Made by a program: the position numbers and the translations under genes. This document shows positions 8,602-18,174 of a stretch of DNA of 64,000 nt, in pieces. Origin of the DNA: an uncultured candidate division Zixibacteria bacterium (GTDB lineage Bacteria > Zixibacteria > MSB-5A5 > UBA10806 > 4484-95); contig CAXXKA010000008.1 in NCBI GenBank assembly GCA_963668625.2, positions 1,056,001 through 1,120,000 on the forward strand. Direction: 5' to 3'. Position 1 is the stretch's first letter; every line of letters starts with the position of its first letter. The notes beneath the pieces are model-generated. The model did no database searches. It saw only the letters and a list, made by a program, of their open reading frames with translations, and was not told the DNA's origin.

Positions 8602-9900
8602 ATGGATGTGGTGATTGACCATACTAGTTTACACTCATTAAGCAACCGGAAAATACCCATGGAATATATTGGAAAGAGATCTCGTGAAATTATGCAATTT
8701 GTAGAATTATATCTACTTTCAGGTAATATTTGGCTTATCGATAAATCTAAAGATCTATCGAAAGGTGAAACAACCGAAATATATAATATGTTAAGCAAAA
8801 ATGAAATGACCATTAACAATAAAGGTAAAATAGGCATATATAATTTAAATATCAATGACTTAAAAAAAGCACATACATTAGCAGCACCTTTAATATTTGA
8901 GTCTTTAAACCAGTTGAAAAGTACGGATTGGAAAGAAATTCAACAACCAAGAGGGGTATTTTTAAGACCTGGTAATATGCCAGTAGTAGATATAGAAAAA
9001 ATTGCAAGAATACCATATGGGAGCGATAGGGCTGAGGAGTTTATTCATGATGCGTTTTCAGATTGGGGCGATGAAAAATCTACTTCGGCGGTAATATTGA
9101 TGAATTCATTATTATATGATTGGGTGAGAAATTTCTATAAAGAAAAAACGAACTATGGATCACATTCATTATCCTATATTAATACAATTATTCGGTGGAA
9201 AATTAATGAAAAATTAGCTTCGTTCGCAAAGTTTAATAATATAGATAATAAATATATATCCCGAGGTAGATATGCCCCCGCCCATGGCAGAGCAATATTA
9301 CTGAAAGAGCATGCAAGGATAGTTTGGAAAAATAATATTGAAAAACTAGATGCTTCATTGTTAAATTCAATAAAAAGAAGATTGGGGAAAGATTCTTGGA
9401 ATGAACTTATAACTTTTTTAGGGCCAACTTTAAATTCTGAACTTCCTTTTATAGGTTTATGGTTTTTACATCAACTTCCTCGGAATCCATCACTTGAAAC
9501 ATTGTTTGAATATTTAAATTTATATAAGGATCGTAAAGAGATAAATGTATTAAGGAAATACTTATCAGATGAATATACGGATGACTATGAAATCCAACAA
9601 GTTTCAAATGAGCTTAACAAAAAGCTTGGATATAAACATCAACCTATACAATCTAATATTCGTTGGATTGTAAGTACTAGATTCCCGTTTCTAGAGCTAA
9701 AAACGGAAAAACAATTGCCCGAAGAATTACTTTCTATTAGATCGGCTGATGATTTAAAAAAGATTCTACGCCGAATAGGAAGGAGAATGAAAAAAACAGA
9801 GGAAGCAACATTGCTTTTTAATATAATTAAAGATTTCTATCCAAATGAGGAAGTTATGAAAAATACATTTGAAAAAATGCAATCCATAATAAATAGTTAA
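8602..9900 (+). CDS. Hypothetical protein (island cargo)
   Basis: 432-aa ORF with AAGGTG RBS in very AT-rich DNA; no motif recognised. Confidence 0.7.
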   Translation: MDVVIDHTSLHSLSNRKIPMEYIGKRSREIMQFVELYLLSGNIWLIDKSKDLSKGETTEIYNMLSKNEMTINNKGKIGIYNLNINDLKKAHTLAAPLIFESLNQLKSTDWKEIQQPRGVFLRPGNMPVVDIEKIARIPYGSDRAEEFIHDAFSDWGDEKSTSAVILMNSLLYDWVRNFYKEKTNYGSHSLSYINTIIRWKINEKLASFAKFNNIDNKYISRGRYAPAHGRAILLKEHARIVWKNNIEKLDASLLNSIKRRLGKDSWNELITFLGPTLNSELPFIGLWFLHQLPRNPSLETLFEYLNLYKDRKEINVLRKYLSDEYTDDYEIQQVSNELNKKLGYKHQPIQSNIRWIVSTRFPFLELKTEKQLPEELLSIRSADDLKKILRRIGRRMKKTEEATLLFNIIKDFYPNEEVMKNTFEKMQSIINS

Positions 9901-10082
9901 GAATTATTCAAGAGTAATACGGAATACGTTTAAAGATATATTATCTAAATAGTTATGAGCCGAGGATTTTTTCTATATTGGGTATTAGCTTATTTTATTC
10001 TACATACAGAAATATTAGAATTTGTATACATAATACCAATATAGGTCTAGTAGGCGTATAAATTAAGGTTAATAATTTATAC

Positions 10083-10110
10083 TTGACATCTTAATCTTTC
10101 CTGCTATATT
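10083..10110 (+). promoter_or_regulatory. sigma70-type promoter for the 10.4-17.7 kb cluster
   Basis: TTGACA(10083)-16-TATATT with extended -10 TGn. Confidence 0.6.
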
Positions 10111-10116
10111 AGAAGT

Positions 10117-10295
10117 CGCATTATCAAGGGGCTCAAGTCTGCTCCAGCATTATCATTTAAAAGTATTATCAGGTTTTGGTTTAAAGGTTAGTAAGGGGAT
10201 CTTAGATACATATGGGTATACATCATCAGGAATTATCAGAGGGATAAGCCAAAGATAATGTTGGGGCAATAGATATTCTACTTAATGTCCTTGTA
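10117..10295 (+). ncRNA. Candidate structured 5' leader RNA
   Basis: Nested stems 10141-10154/10254-10267 (14 bp with GU pairs) and 10175-10183/10245-10253; repeated ATTATCA units. Confidence 0.4.
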
Positions 10296-10409
10296 AAGTA
10301 AGAAATACCAACAAAAATTGGTTAATTTGAATTATAGCGCTACTTAAGTTAAGTATAAGTAGAGCAAGCGGGAATAAAACAATACAAATTATCTAGAATA
10401 GGAGGAAAT

Positions 10410-11426
10410 ATGTTAGGAAATCGGCACTTGATTAACAGGAAGCTTGCTGTGGCTTTAATATTGCTTACAACCCTGCTTTATATATTTTGCTGCTCTAATG
10501 GAAATAAGCCTAGACTAAATGAAATTACAATTGCCCAATGGGGCCAAGAAAGATATTTGATTTATCTGCCATTATACTTAGCTGAAGAAGAGGGATTTTT
10601 TGCAGCACAAGGGATAGATATCAAGATTAAGTTTTCTGGTAATGATGACCAAGTATTCGCATCAGTTTTAAAAGGCGAAGCTAGTTTTGGGGTAGGTGAT
10701 CCAGTATTTACAGCAATCTCACGAGAAAGAGGAGCTAAAGGTAAGGTGGTGGCATCCATTGTTGATGGGGTTGCAATTTGGGGAGTAACAAACAATCCGA
10801 ATATTGGAAAAATCACTAGTAAAGAAGATTTAAGAGGGCTAAAAGTCGGTACATTTCCTGAACCATCTACGAACTATACTCTCATGAAAAATACCATACT
10901 TGAAGGCGGAGATGATCTTAAGGACACAAAAATCGTACAAGCTCCTATTGGAGCGCAAATTGCTTTGATTGAAAACGGTGCAGCCGATATAGCTATGGAA
11001 CTTGAACCGGGGACATCAATTGCTGAGAGCAAAGGGTATAAAGTTGTGTATTCATCTCCAGAATTCTACGGGCCTTTTGCTTTTACGGGCTTAACTACGA
11101 CAGAGGGGTATATTCAATCGAATCGTGACATGGTTCAAAAAGTTGTATCAGCAATTGAAAATGCTTTGCAATTTGCCCACCAAAATGAGCAACAGACGAT
11201 TGAAATTGCTCAGAAATTGTTCCCAGGATTAGAGAAAAACGTAGTTGCCATTGCTGTTACACGAATGCTTAGTGAAAAGACTATACCCCAACATGCTGTA
11301 ATGAGTAGTGAAGCTTGGCAAAAAGCTCTTCAAATCAGACTACAAGTTGGTGATCTAAAAGAAATCCAATTAACAGAGGAATCCGTTGATAATTCTTTTG
11401 CTGAATCCGCACAAGCTAATGAATAA
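10410..11426 (+). CDS. ABC transporter substrate-binding protein, NMT1/THI5/SsuA family
   Basis: Signal/lipoprotein-like N-terminus, YLPLYLAEEEGFF..QGIDI, DLRGLKVG...PST; strong AGGAGG RBS. Confidence 0.9.
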   Translation: MLGNRHLINRKLAVALILLTTLLYIFCCSNGNKPRLNEITIAQWGQERYLIYLPLYLAEEEGFFAAQGIDIKIKFSGNDDQVFASVLKGEASFGVGDPVFTAISRERGAKGKVVASIVDGVAIWGVTNNPNIGKITSKEDLRGLKVGTFPEPSTNYTLMKNTILEGGDDLKDTKIVQAPIGAQIALIENGAADIAMELEPGTSIAESKGYKVVYSSPEFYGPFAFTGLTTTEGYIQSNRDMVQKVVSAIENALQFAHQNEQQTIEIAQKLFPGLEKNVVAIAVTRMLSEKTIPQHAVMSSEAWQKALQIRLQVGDLKEIQLTEESVDNSFAESAQANE

Positions 11427-12270
11427 CAGGAAAGATCAAGTGAAAAATACTTTTTCATTACTAACTAAATATAAAGCAATAATTGCTTCTTTGACTGTAA
11501 CCTTAATTGGCATAATCCTAATAGCTATACCTATAGTATATAATTCAGAAAATTTTTGGATTATATTATCTCAAAGGATTGGTATTGTATTATTGACTTC
11601 AGCTCTAATTTCTTTCATCTTTGGATTTTTTTTCAGGCAAAATTTTCAAGAAGACATGGTATCTAAAGTAAAATCTGAGCTTAAAAACTACTTTGAAACT
11701 AATAACTCTATAAAAGAATCAGGGATCTTAGAATTTCATCGAAACTTACCTATTCAAGATGTTGTTAATAGTATGTCTAGATCTTCTACAATTAAAATTC
11801 TTCAAACATGGATTCCTGATTTATATCACTTTGAAAAGCCTTTTAGGGAGGTAGTAGAAAGGGGTGGTTCGGTTGAGATTCTTCTATTAGATCCTAGATC
11901 GAATTATGCTAAGCAAAGAAGTAAGGACTTAGAGTACCCAAATGATCAGTATGCATCCGATGCTATAAAGGCCAATATAACTGATCTCTCAAGATATTGT
12001 TCTTTAGGAAATATTAAAAACAAAATAAAAATAAAGATGTATTCATGTTTACCTTCAATTCAAGTGTATTGTTGTGATGAAAAAGCTTTTATAGGATTCT
12101 ATATGCACAAAAACCAATCGACTCAATCTCCTCAACTTGAAATCCTAATGCCGCATTCAGTTATGGGATCTCGGATTGCTGAAGAATTTAACATACTTTG
12201 GAAGAGTTCGAAATCAATTCATATTAGCGAATGGCTTGCTGATGAAATAGATACCAAGTCAGCGCTTTAG
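11419..12270 (+). CDS. Two-TM membrane protein with C-terminal DUF5919/TrmB-like (PLD-fold) domain
   Basis: Two N-terminal hydrophobic helices; VEILLLDP.S....R, IKMY...P......D...F.GFY......P......F..LW; start re-assigned to ATG 11419. Confidence 0.6.
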   Translation: MNNRKDQVKNTFSLLTKYKAIIASLTVTLIGIILIAIPIVYNSENFWIILSQRIGIVLLTSALISFIFGFFFRQNFQEDMVSKVKSELKNYFETNNSIKESGILEFHRNLPIQDVVNSMSRSSTIKILQTWIPDLYHFEKPFREVVERGGSVEILLLDPRSNYAKQRSKDLEYPNDQYASDAIKANITDLSRYCSLGNIKNKIKIKMYSCLPSIQVYCCDEKAFIGFYMHKNQSTQSPQLEILMPHSVMGSRIAEEFNILWKSSKSIHISEWLADEIDTKSAL

Positions 12271-12295
12271 TTCAAGTTTATTTGAGGGGACCATT

Positions 12296-13825
12296 ATGAA
12301 AAGATCATTAAATGTTGCGATATCAACCGACACTATACTCTATGCTCCTTTCTATCTGGCGTATTTTGGTAATGATTTTGATGATACCCCATTTGGACCT
12401 GTAGATGTTAGAATAGTCGGCTTAGACGATGATAGGTTTGACTCGTCGAAAAAATTAAGAGGTGATAACTTTGTAGTACTTAGTCTGCTGTTTGATTACG
12501 CCGATGTTGGAATTGGTGATCCCTCGATATTAATTGATTTATCTCGATCGCCCAAAAAACACATACCACTTGTAGAAGATTTCTCAAGTTTCTTACAAGA
12601 AGATGAAAAAAAGAAATTCATGGAAAGTTTTGAAATACCAGCGATTATTAGAGATCCAGATTTAGATAAATTTTCAGGATTCTTAAAAGAAAAAGACCTC
12701 AAAATAGTTGGTGGTTTAGTATCAAAGCTTGCTTTTATCGTTGTTGGTAACAATAACTTAATACCAAGCCATAATTCTGATCCACCTCATGAAATTGGCG
12801 GGATCTTTGGGGCTTTAATGCCTGATGCAGAAAAAAGCATTAAAAAAATTATATCCTATGATTACCCATCGACAGGCTTTTGCATAGGAAAGATAATAAA
12901 TAATCAAATTCCAACACAAATAGAGTTTAAACATAAAGATTTCGGACAGGAATTATCTAATATTGATAAAAATCAAATTTCGATATCTTGTGATTTTGTA
13001 GCAATTAATAAAAGAGCATCCCAAAATGAGTTTGTATCTTTAGAAGATTATATAGCTCATTCATCTAACATTACTTTCACCGGAATTATGGCTAGAAATA
13101 ATGATAACAAAATTCAGCAAATTAAAGCTTTTTTGTGGGCAATAGATAAAAACTTACATGAAATTTTTCAATACATTAATCAAGGCGATAAAAATGGTAT
13201 GAAAATGTACTTTCAAGAGAGATTAAAAAGACATAAAGATTTTAAGCAGGTGTTAGTAGCTGATAGTGAATTCGCTGAAGATTCATCAAATGATATTAGC
13301 AAATTAATTAATACTTTCATTGATAATTTGTTCAAATGGAAGCGTAAAAGTAGTAAGTATCTTTTTTATAGCACTGTTAAGCCAATTTCTTTAGATATCT
13401 GTAGAATGTATAACATAAGGCTTCGATCAGCTAGTGATGATGAATTAGATCTTAAAAATAATGAAAATGAATCAATGAAGATAATAGATAGTTATATAAA
13501 AAATTTATCCTCAGATTGGGATAAAATTCAGGAACTAATTTTAAATAGAAAAGATAAATGGTGGTGGAAAGTACTATTGAAAGATCAAAAAAGTATTTTT
13601 TACACCTCCACTTTAATTATCATCATCGGAATTGTAAGTACTATTTTAAGTATTTTTGATTGGAAGTTTCCAATAAAATTTCACTATGCCTATATTATAT
13701 TAGTGTTGGTGATCTTTATTCCGTTATGGTATATTATTAATTCTGCATATCACCAAAAATACGAAAAATATGTATACAAAGATTTAAACCAGGTCAAAAC
13801 AGACAATACTAAAAATAAACATTAA
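12296..13825 (+). CDS. Degenerate NMT1/SsuA-type binding-fold protein without signal peptide, with two C-terminal TM helices
   Basis: LYAPFYLA, ADVGIGDP, PSTG and ITFTGIMA mirror motifs of the upstream SBP; hydrophobic helices near the C-terminus. Confidence 0.6.
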   Translation: MKRSLNVAISTDTILYAPFYLAYFGNDFDDTPFGPVDVRIVGLDDDRFDSSKKLRGDNFVVLSLLFDYADVGIGDPSILIDLSRSPKKHIPLVEDFSSFLQEDEKKKFMESFEIPAIIRDPDLDKFSGFLKEKDLKIVGGLVSKLAFIVVGNNNLIPSHNSDPPHEIGGIFGALMPDAEKSIKKIISYDYPSTGFCIGKIINNQIPTQIEFKHKDFGQELSNIDKNQISISCDFVAINKRASQNEFVSLEDYIAHSSNITFTGIMARNNDNKIQQIKAFLWAIDKNLHEIFQYINQGDKNGMKMYFQERLKRHKDFKQVLVADSEFAEDSSNDISKLINTFIDNLFKWKRKSSKYLFYSTVKPISLDICRMYNIRLRSASDDELDLKNNENESMKIIDSYIKNLSSDWDKIQELILNRKDKWWWKVLLKDQKSIFYTSTLIIIIGIVSTILSIFDWKFPIKFHYAYIILVLVIFIPLWYIINSAYHQKYEKYVYKDLNQVKTDNTKNKH

Positions 13826-13827
13826 AA

Positions 13828-14613
13828 ATGATACACTTTAAGAGAGATTATCGCAGCTTGAGTTCATACATTAGCGAAAGAGATACTCAGCGAAGAAAAA
13901 AGCAGATTGAAATTCTAGAGAAAGTATTTATAAACAGTTTTGGAAAGACTGTTAATTTTATTATGTATTGGGGAGCCGGAGAAAAAAGGCGAGCTACAAA
14001 AGAGGATATACAGGCGATATTATTTGTATTTGGAGCATTAAAAACTATAGAACGAAGTTATAATCTTAAATGCGATCTAATTATTATTTTTACTGATACA
14101 CATGCTTATTTAAATGGTTATAGTCACGAACAAACGTTGGATTATTTTTCTGATATAATAGAATCATTAAATATAGTGAATTTCAATCACATAAAGATGT
14201 CAGACTTAATAAAGCCAATACTTAAAGAAGAAGGTATCAATAATGTTAATAAATTAATTGATAACATTATTAATAAATGCAATAAATGTGAAAATATGAA
14301 TTCACTGCCACTGCCTCGAAATATCCGTTTTGAATATATGGCAAAATCTGCTAAAAGATATTCTAAACGGGTGAGTTTTACTCAATCCCATTCATTGATA
14401 TTTAATTCTCCTGAATCATCAGCTAATGCTTACATACAACTGAATCTTAAGGAGAGAATAATTGTTAAAGAGAAGTTTCAGAAATCAATCTTTATTACTT
14501 ACGTTTCAGAAGCAGAAGATTTCTTACTACCGAGCCTACCTATAATGAGAGTATTTTCTGTCCGTAAAGGATTCCGCTCCAGGCCTTGGTTTATTAAAGA
14601 AGAAATGGAGTAA
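13828..14613 (+). CDS. Hypothetical enzyme, probably HUP/class-I aaRS-like Rossmann fold
   Basis: DLIIIFTDTHAYLNG resembles archaeal TyrRS IIILLADLHAYLN; no HIGH/KMSKS; MYWG and C-terminal RPWF. Confidence 0.45.
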   Translation: MIHFKRDYRSLSSYISERDTQRRKKQIEILEKVFINSFGKTVNFIMYWGAGEKRRATKEDIQAILFVFGALKTIERSYNLKCDLIIIFTDTHAYLNGYSHEQTLDYFSDIIESLNIVNFNHIKMSDLIKPILKEEGINNVNKLIDNIINKCNKCENMNSLPLPRNIRFEYMAKSAKRYSKRVSFTQSHSLIFNSPESSANAYIQLNLKERIIVKEKFQKSIFITYVSEAEDFLLPSLPIMRVFSVRKGFRSRPWFIKEEME

Positions 14614-14619
14614 AAAAGT

Positions 14620-16170
14620 ATGTGTGGAATTGCCGCTATCTATTCACAAGAACAAGAATTACCCAATGATATTGAATTCATGTTAAATAAAATTTCTCAT
14701 CGAGGAGAGAATCAACCTAATAGTATCTCCTTAGGCAATTGTTGGCTGGGAACAGCTAGATTAAAAATAGTAGATAGGGATAAAGGAATTCAACCAATGC
14801 TAAACGAAAATAGCACTATTGGTGTTATTTTTAATGGAGAAATCTATAATTATTTGGCTTTAAAAGAAAGATTAATTGCAAAAGGGCATTCATTTAACAC
14901 TAATTGCGATACAGAGATAATTGCACATTTATATGAAGAATATGGAATCAATTTCTTAGCGATGTTGGATGGTATGTTTGCATTTGTTTTATACGACAGT
15001 ATAAAACAAAATTTGTTAGTAGCAAGAGATTATTTTGGGGTAAAGCCTCTATATTATGCTAAAAATAACAATTCTTGGTTTTTTGCTTCTGAGATGAAAG
15101 CATTAGTTGACTTAGAAATTGAAACCATTGAAGAACTACAACCTGGGAATTATATCTTTAAAAACACCATTGGTCATTATTATCACCTAGTGGATGAACC
15201 TATGGAAAGTATTTCTTTTAATGAGGCAAAATATGAGGTTCGGAAACTAATTGAAGATGCTGTTTGTAAACGAGTTCAAACAGACTTACCAATAGGTGTT
15301 TTATTCGGCGGGGGAATTGATAGCACAATAGTGCTGTTATTAGCTCTTAAGTTCAATCCAGATGTTACCGCTCTTATTATAGGGAATGATGACTCTCCCG
15401 ATTATATTTATGCTAATCGAGTTTGTGAAGACTTAAACATTCCAGCTCTTAGGCGCACATATAGTATTGAAGATGTATATGCTCTAATTCCCAAAATAGT
15501 TGATGTTACCGAGAGTTACGAACCCAATGTTGTAAGTGGTTCGGTTCTTTCATTTTTATTATGCCAAATGGCAAAAGAACATGGATATAAATTACTGCTA
15601 TGCGGGGAGGGGTCCGATGAAATATTCGCAGGCTATGGAGATTTTTTATTCAAATCGGATGATGAAATTAAAAAAGGTATATTGAGGCTGCTCGCAGATT
15701 TACATCGGACTCAACTTCAGAGAGTAGATAGAACATCAATGAATTTTACTATTGAGGTTAGAGAGCCACTATTAGATAGAAAGCTTGTAGATTTTGCACT
15801 GAAATTACCTCCAAGATTTAAAATAGGCAAGAATAGCCAGGGGAAATCAACAACAAAATTAATTCTTCGAGAAGCCTTCAAGGATATTCTACCTGATTAT
15901 ATATATACTAGAGAAAAGCAAACACTAATGGATGGAGCTGGCATTGGCAAGGTAGATAGGGAATGCGGTTTGCTATACAGTTATGCTAATTCTACTATTT
16001 CCGATGATGAATATAACAGTTGGATAAGAGAATACCCCGAATACAACTTAGCAACAAAAGAAGATGTTCATTATTTTAGACATTTCAGCAGTAGGTATTT
16101 GAAAGCGAAGTTTGCTCAAATTAGGCCATATCATGCGCAGAAAGAAATAGCTGTAAATGAATCAAATTAA
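14620..16170 (+). CDS. asnB: Asparagine synthase (glutamine-hydrolysing)-like amidotransferase
   Basis: N-terminal MCGI Ntn nucleophile, HRG, FNGEIYN, LDGMFAF, ARDYFGVKPLYY, GGGIDS PP-loop variant, GEGSDEIFAGY. Confidence 0.9.
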   Translation: MCGIAAIYSQEQELPNDIEFMLNKISHRGENQPNSISLGNCWLGTARLKIVDRDKGIQPMLNENSTIGVIFNGEIYNYLALKERLIAKGHSFNTNCDTEIIAHLYEEYGINFLAMLDGMFAFVLYDSIKQNLLVARDYFGVKPLYYAKNNNSWFFASEMKALVDLEIETIEELQPGNYIFKNTIGHYYHLVDEPMESISFNEAKYEVRKLIEDAVCKRVQTDLPIGVLFGGGIDSTIVLLLALKFNPDVTALIIGNDDSPDYIYANRVCEDLNIPALRRTYSIEDVYALIPKIVDVTESYEPNVVSGSVLSFLLCQMAKEHGYKLLLCGEGSDEIFAGYGDFLFKSDDEIKKGILRLLADLHRTQLQRVDRTSMNFTIEVREPLLDRKLVDFALKLPPRFKIGKNSQGKSTTKLILREAFKDILPDYIYTREKQTLMDGAGIGKVDRECGLLYSYANSTISDDEYNSWIREYPEYNLATKEDVHYFRHFSSRYLKAKFAQIRPYHAQKEIAVNESN

Positions 16171-16918
16171 AATTGAACTAAAAAACATAAGCAAAAAATA
16201 TAAATCACCACCGCCACAAGGCACTGAAATATTTCGAAATTTAGATATGACTATTTATGAAGGAGAATTTTTGTGTATTGTTGGTCCTAATGGATGCGGA
16301 AAATCAACGTTATTTAATATTATATCTGGGCTTGAAGCGATAAACTCTGGTGAGGTAAATATTTCAAAATCATCAAAGAAGAATAATAGTATTGGGTATA
16401 TGATGCAGCGAGATCTATTACTTCCCTGGAGAACAGCTTATCAAAATATTATGTTAGGATTAGAAATTCAAGGTAAAATAAATCATAATAATGAAAACAT
16501 TATTAATAACCTTATACAGGAATTAAAGCTTGAAAGGCAAGCAAATTCCTATCCTTCGACTCTTTCAGGTGGTGAGTGCAGAAAAATAGCTTTAATCAGG
16601 ACTTTAGTTACCGATCCAGACATTCTACTTTTTGATGAGCCTTTGTCAACAATTGACTACGATGCTCGCTTGGATATTGAAAGAGCACTATATTCATTAG
16701 TTAAAAAACAAAATAAAACTATATTATTTGTTACTCATGATATTGATCAGGCTATTGCGATGGGTGATAGAATCATTATTTTCAATCAGATACCCAAAGG
16801 TATTAAGTCAGAGCACATAATTGATTTAGAAATAACCGATCGTGATCCAATAAAGGCTAGAGAAAGTACAAAATATGTTGAGTATTTTAGCCAAGTTTGG
16901 AGAGATTTTCCAAAATGA
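16157..16918 (+). CDS. ABC transporter ATP-binding protein (SsuB/TauB/NrtD type)
   Basis: Walker A GPNGCGKS, LLPWRT, LSGGE, LLFDEP, FVTHDIDQA. Confidence 0.95.
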   Translation: MNQIKIELKNISKKYKSPPPQGTEIFRNLDMTIYEGEFLCIVGPNGCGKSTLFNIISGLEAINSGEVNISKSSKKNNSIGYMMQRDLLLPWRTAYQNIMLGLEIQGKINHNNENIINNLIQELKLERQANSYPSTLSGGECRKIALIRTLVTDPDILLFDEPLSTIDYDARLDIERALYSLVKKQNKTILFVTHDIDQAIAMGDRIIIFNQIPKGIKSEHIIDLEITDRDPIKARESTKYVEYFSQVWRDFPK

Positions 16919-17691
16919 AAGCACGCAAAGTTGTATCAAGAATAATTGATTGTATCTTATTTTGGTTGCCATTAGTACTTTTTATTATAATCTGGCATTT
17001 TACAGTTCAAGGATCTGAAACTCGTATTTTTCTTTTTGCTTCACCATTTTTAGTTATTAAAGCGCTCTGGGATGGAATTTCTTCTGGATTACTAATTAAA
17101 GACATTTGGGTAACCTCTCTTGAAACACTTAGTGGTTTTTTACTTGGAAATATTATAGGATCTATCATAGGATTATTATTATGGTGTTCAAATAAGATTG
17201 CTCGAATTTCGCGTCCCTATATAGTTGCAATAGGCTCTGTTCCGATATTTGCTATTGCTCCTATGATGATCATTTGGTTTGGTACTGGCATTTCCGCGAA
17301 GATAATTATGGCTGCACTCTCCACAGTGGTTATAGCTATCGTTCAAGCTTATGAAGGTGCAAAACAGGTTGATAGTGACCGTATAAGACTTTTAAAGAGT
17401 TTTGGTGCAACAAAACTTGTTATTTTCAAGAAATTAATTATACCTTCAGCACTAATTTGGGTAATAAGTTCTTATAAATTGAATATAAGTTTTGCATTAC
17501 TTGGTGCGTTTATAGGTGAGTTCGTATCATCTGAATATGGTTTAGGGCATAGGATATTGCAAGCAGGGGGATTATATAACGTGCCATTAGCGATTGCAGG
17601 GATATTGTGCATCATTTTTCTTGCCTTATCTATGAGTTGGATACTAGGTATAATTGAACGAAAACTGTTTTCATGGAAGGATATTAGCTAA
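16915..17691 (+). CDS. ABC transporter permease (SsuC/TauC type)
   Basis: Multiple TM segments, P..AIAP..IIWFG.G, EFVSSEYGLG; ATGA overlap at 16915. Confidence 0.92.
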   Translation: MKARKVVSRIIDCILFWLPLVLFIIIWHFTVQGSETRIFLFASPFLVIKALWDGISSGLLIKDIWVTSLETLSGFLLGNIIGSIIGLLLWCSNKIARISRPYIVAIGSVPIFAIAPMMIIWFGTGISAKIIMAALSTVVIAIVQAYEGAKQVDSDRIRLLKSFGATKLVIFKKLIIPSALIWVISSYKLNISFALLGAFIGEFVSSEYGLGHRILQAGGLYNVPLAIAGILCIIFLALSMSWILGIIERKLFSWKDIS

Positions 17692-18053
17692 TCTCCGAAC
17701 ATATTTAACAGTATTAAATGGTTATTATAGATGCTATATCAAATTCAATGAAGATTACAGTATTTTAAAGATCACCGAGTTAAACAGGAATTGGGATTAG
17801 AAATAGATCTATAGAAGATGGATTTACGAATTTAAGCATTATTATAATTGTAGCCCTTCAGTTTCTACCGCGATGTTTAGGTATTTCGACTAGATGATAC
17901 AGATCCACGTCAACAATACGGTAACAGCCATGGTTGATCTATGGTGTTCTCTGGTGCTTTCTGGTGTCGAAAAGTGTAGGTCGGATTTTACAGAACTCGT
18001 TGCCAATCAACACAATAGACTGACTATCAACAACTTAACAGAATACCCAGGAT

Positions 18054-18100
18054 AGGAATCATAATCCTCGTTTCCGGGGTTTGAATCCCTGCTCCGCTAC
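18054..18100 (+). pseudogene. Degenerate 3' half of a tRNA(CAT), probable attR of the island
   Basis: AGGA-ATCATAA-TCCT anticodon arm, T arm CGGGG-TTTGAAT-CCCTG (mutated T loop), acceptor strand CTCCGCTA; 5' half absent. Confidence 0.75.
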
Positions 18101-18174
18101 TTGTCTTTCAATAATTAGGGATTAGCCTATATTTAGTATAGTGCTCAATTATATATAACCGTGAGGCTTTTGAA

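Larger units (their letters stand above)
1..18100. mobile_element. Right part of a tRNA-integrated genomic/defence island
   Basis: Strongly AT-rich cargo (6.6-17.9 kb), Kiwa system, degenerate 3' tRNA copy at 18054-18100, IS elements next to it, then a shift to higher-GC housekeeping genes; integrase and left end not in window. Confidence 0.7.

Noticed and set aside
10231-10260. SAM-I or TPP riboswitch
   Set aside because: TTATC..GAGGGA..AAAGATAA echoes SAM-I, but P3/P4 (GCAACC, GGTGC) are missing and no TPP CTGAGA core is present
18054-18100. Functional tRNA gene
   Set aside because: No 5' acceptor strand or D arm, T loop mutated, no CCA
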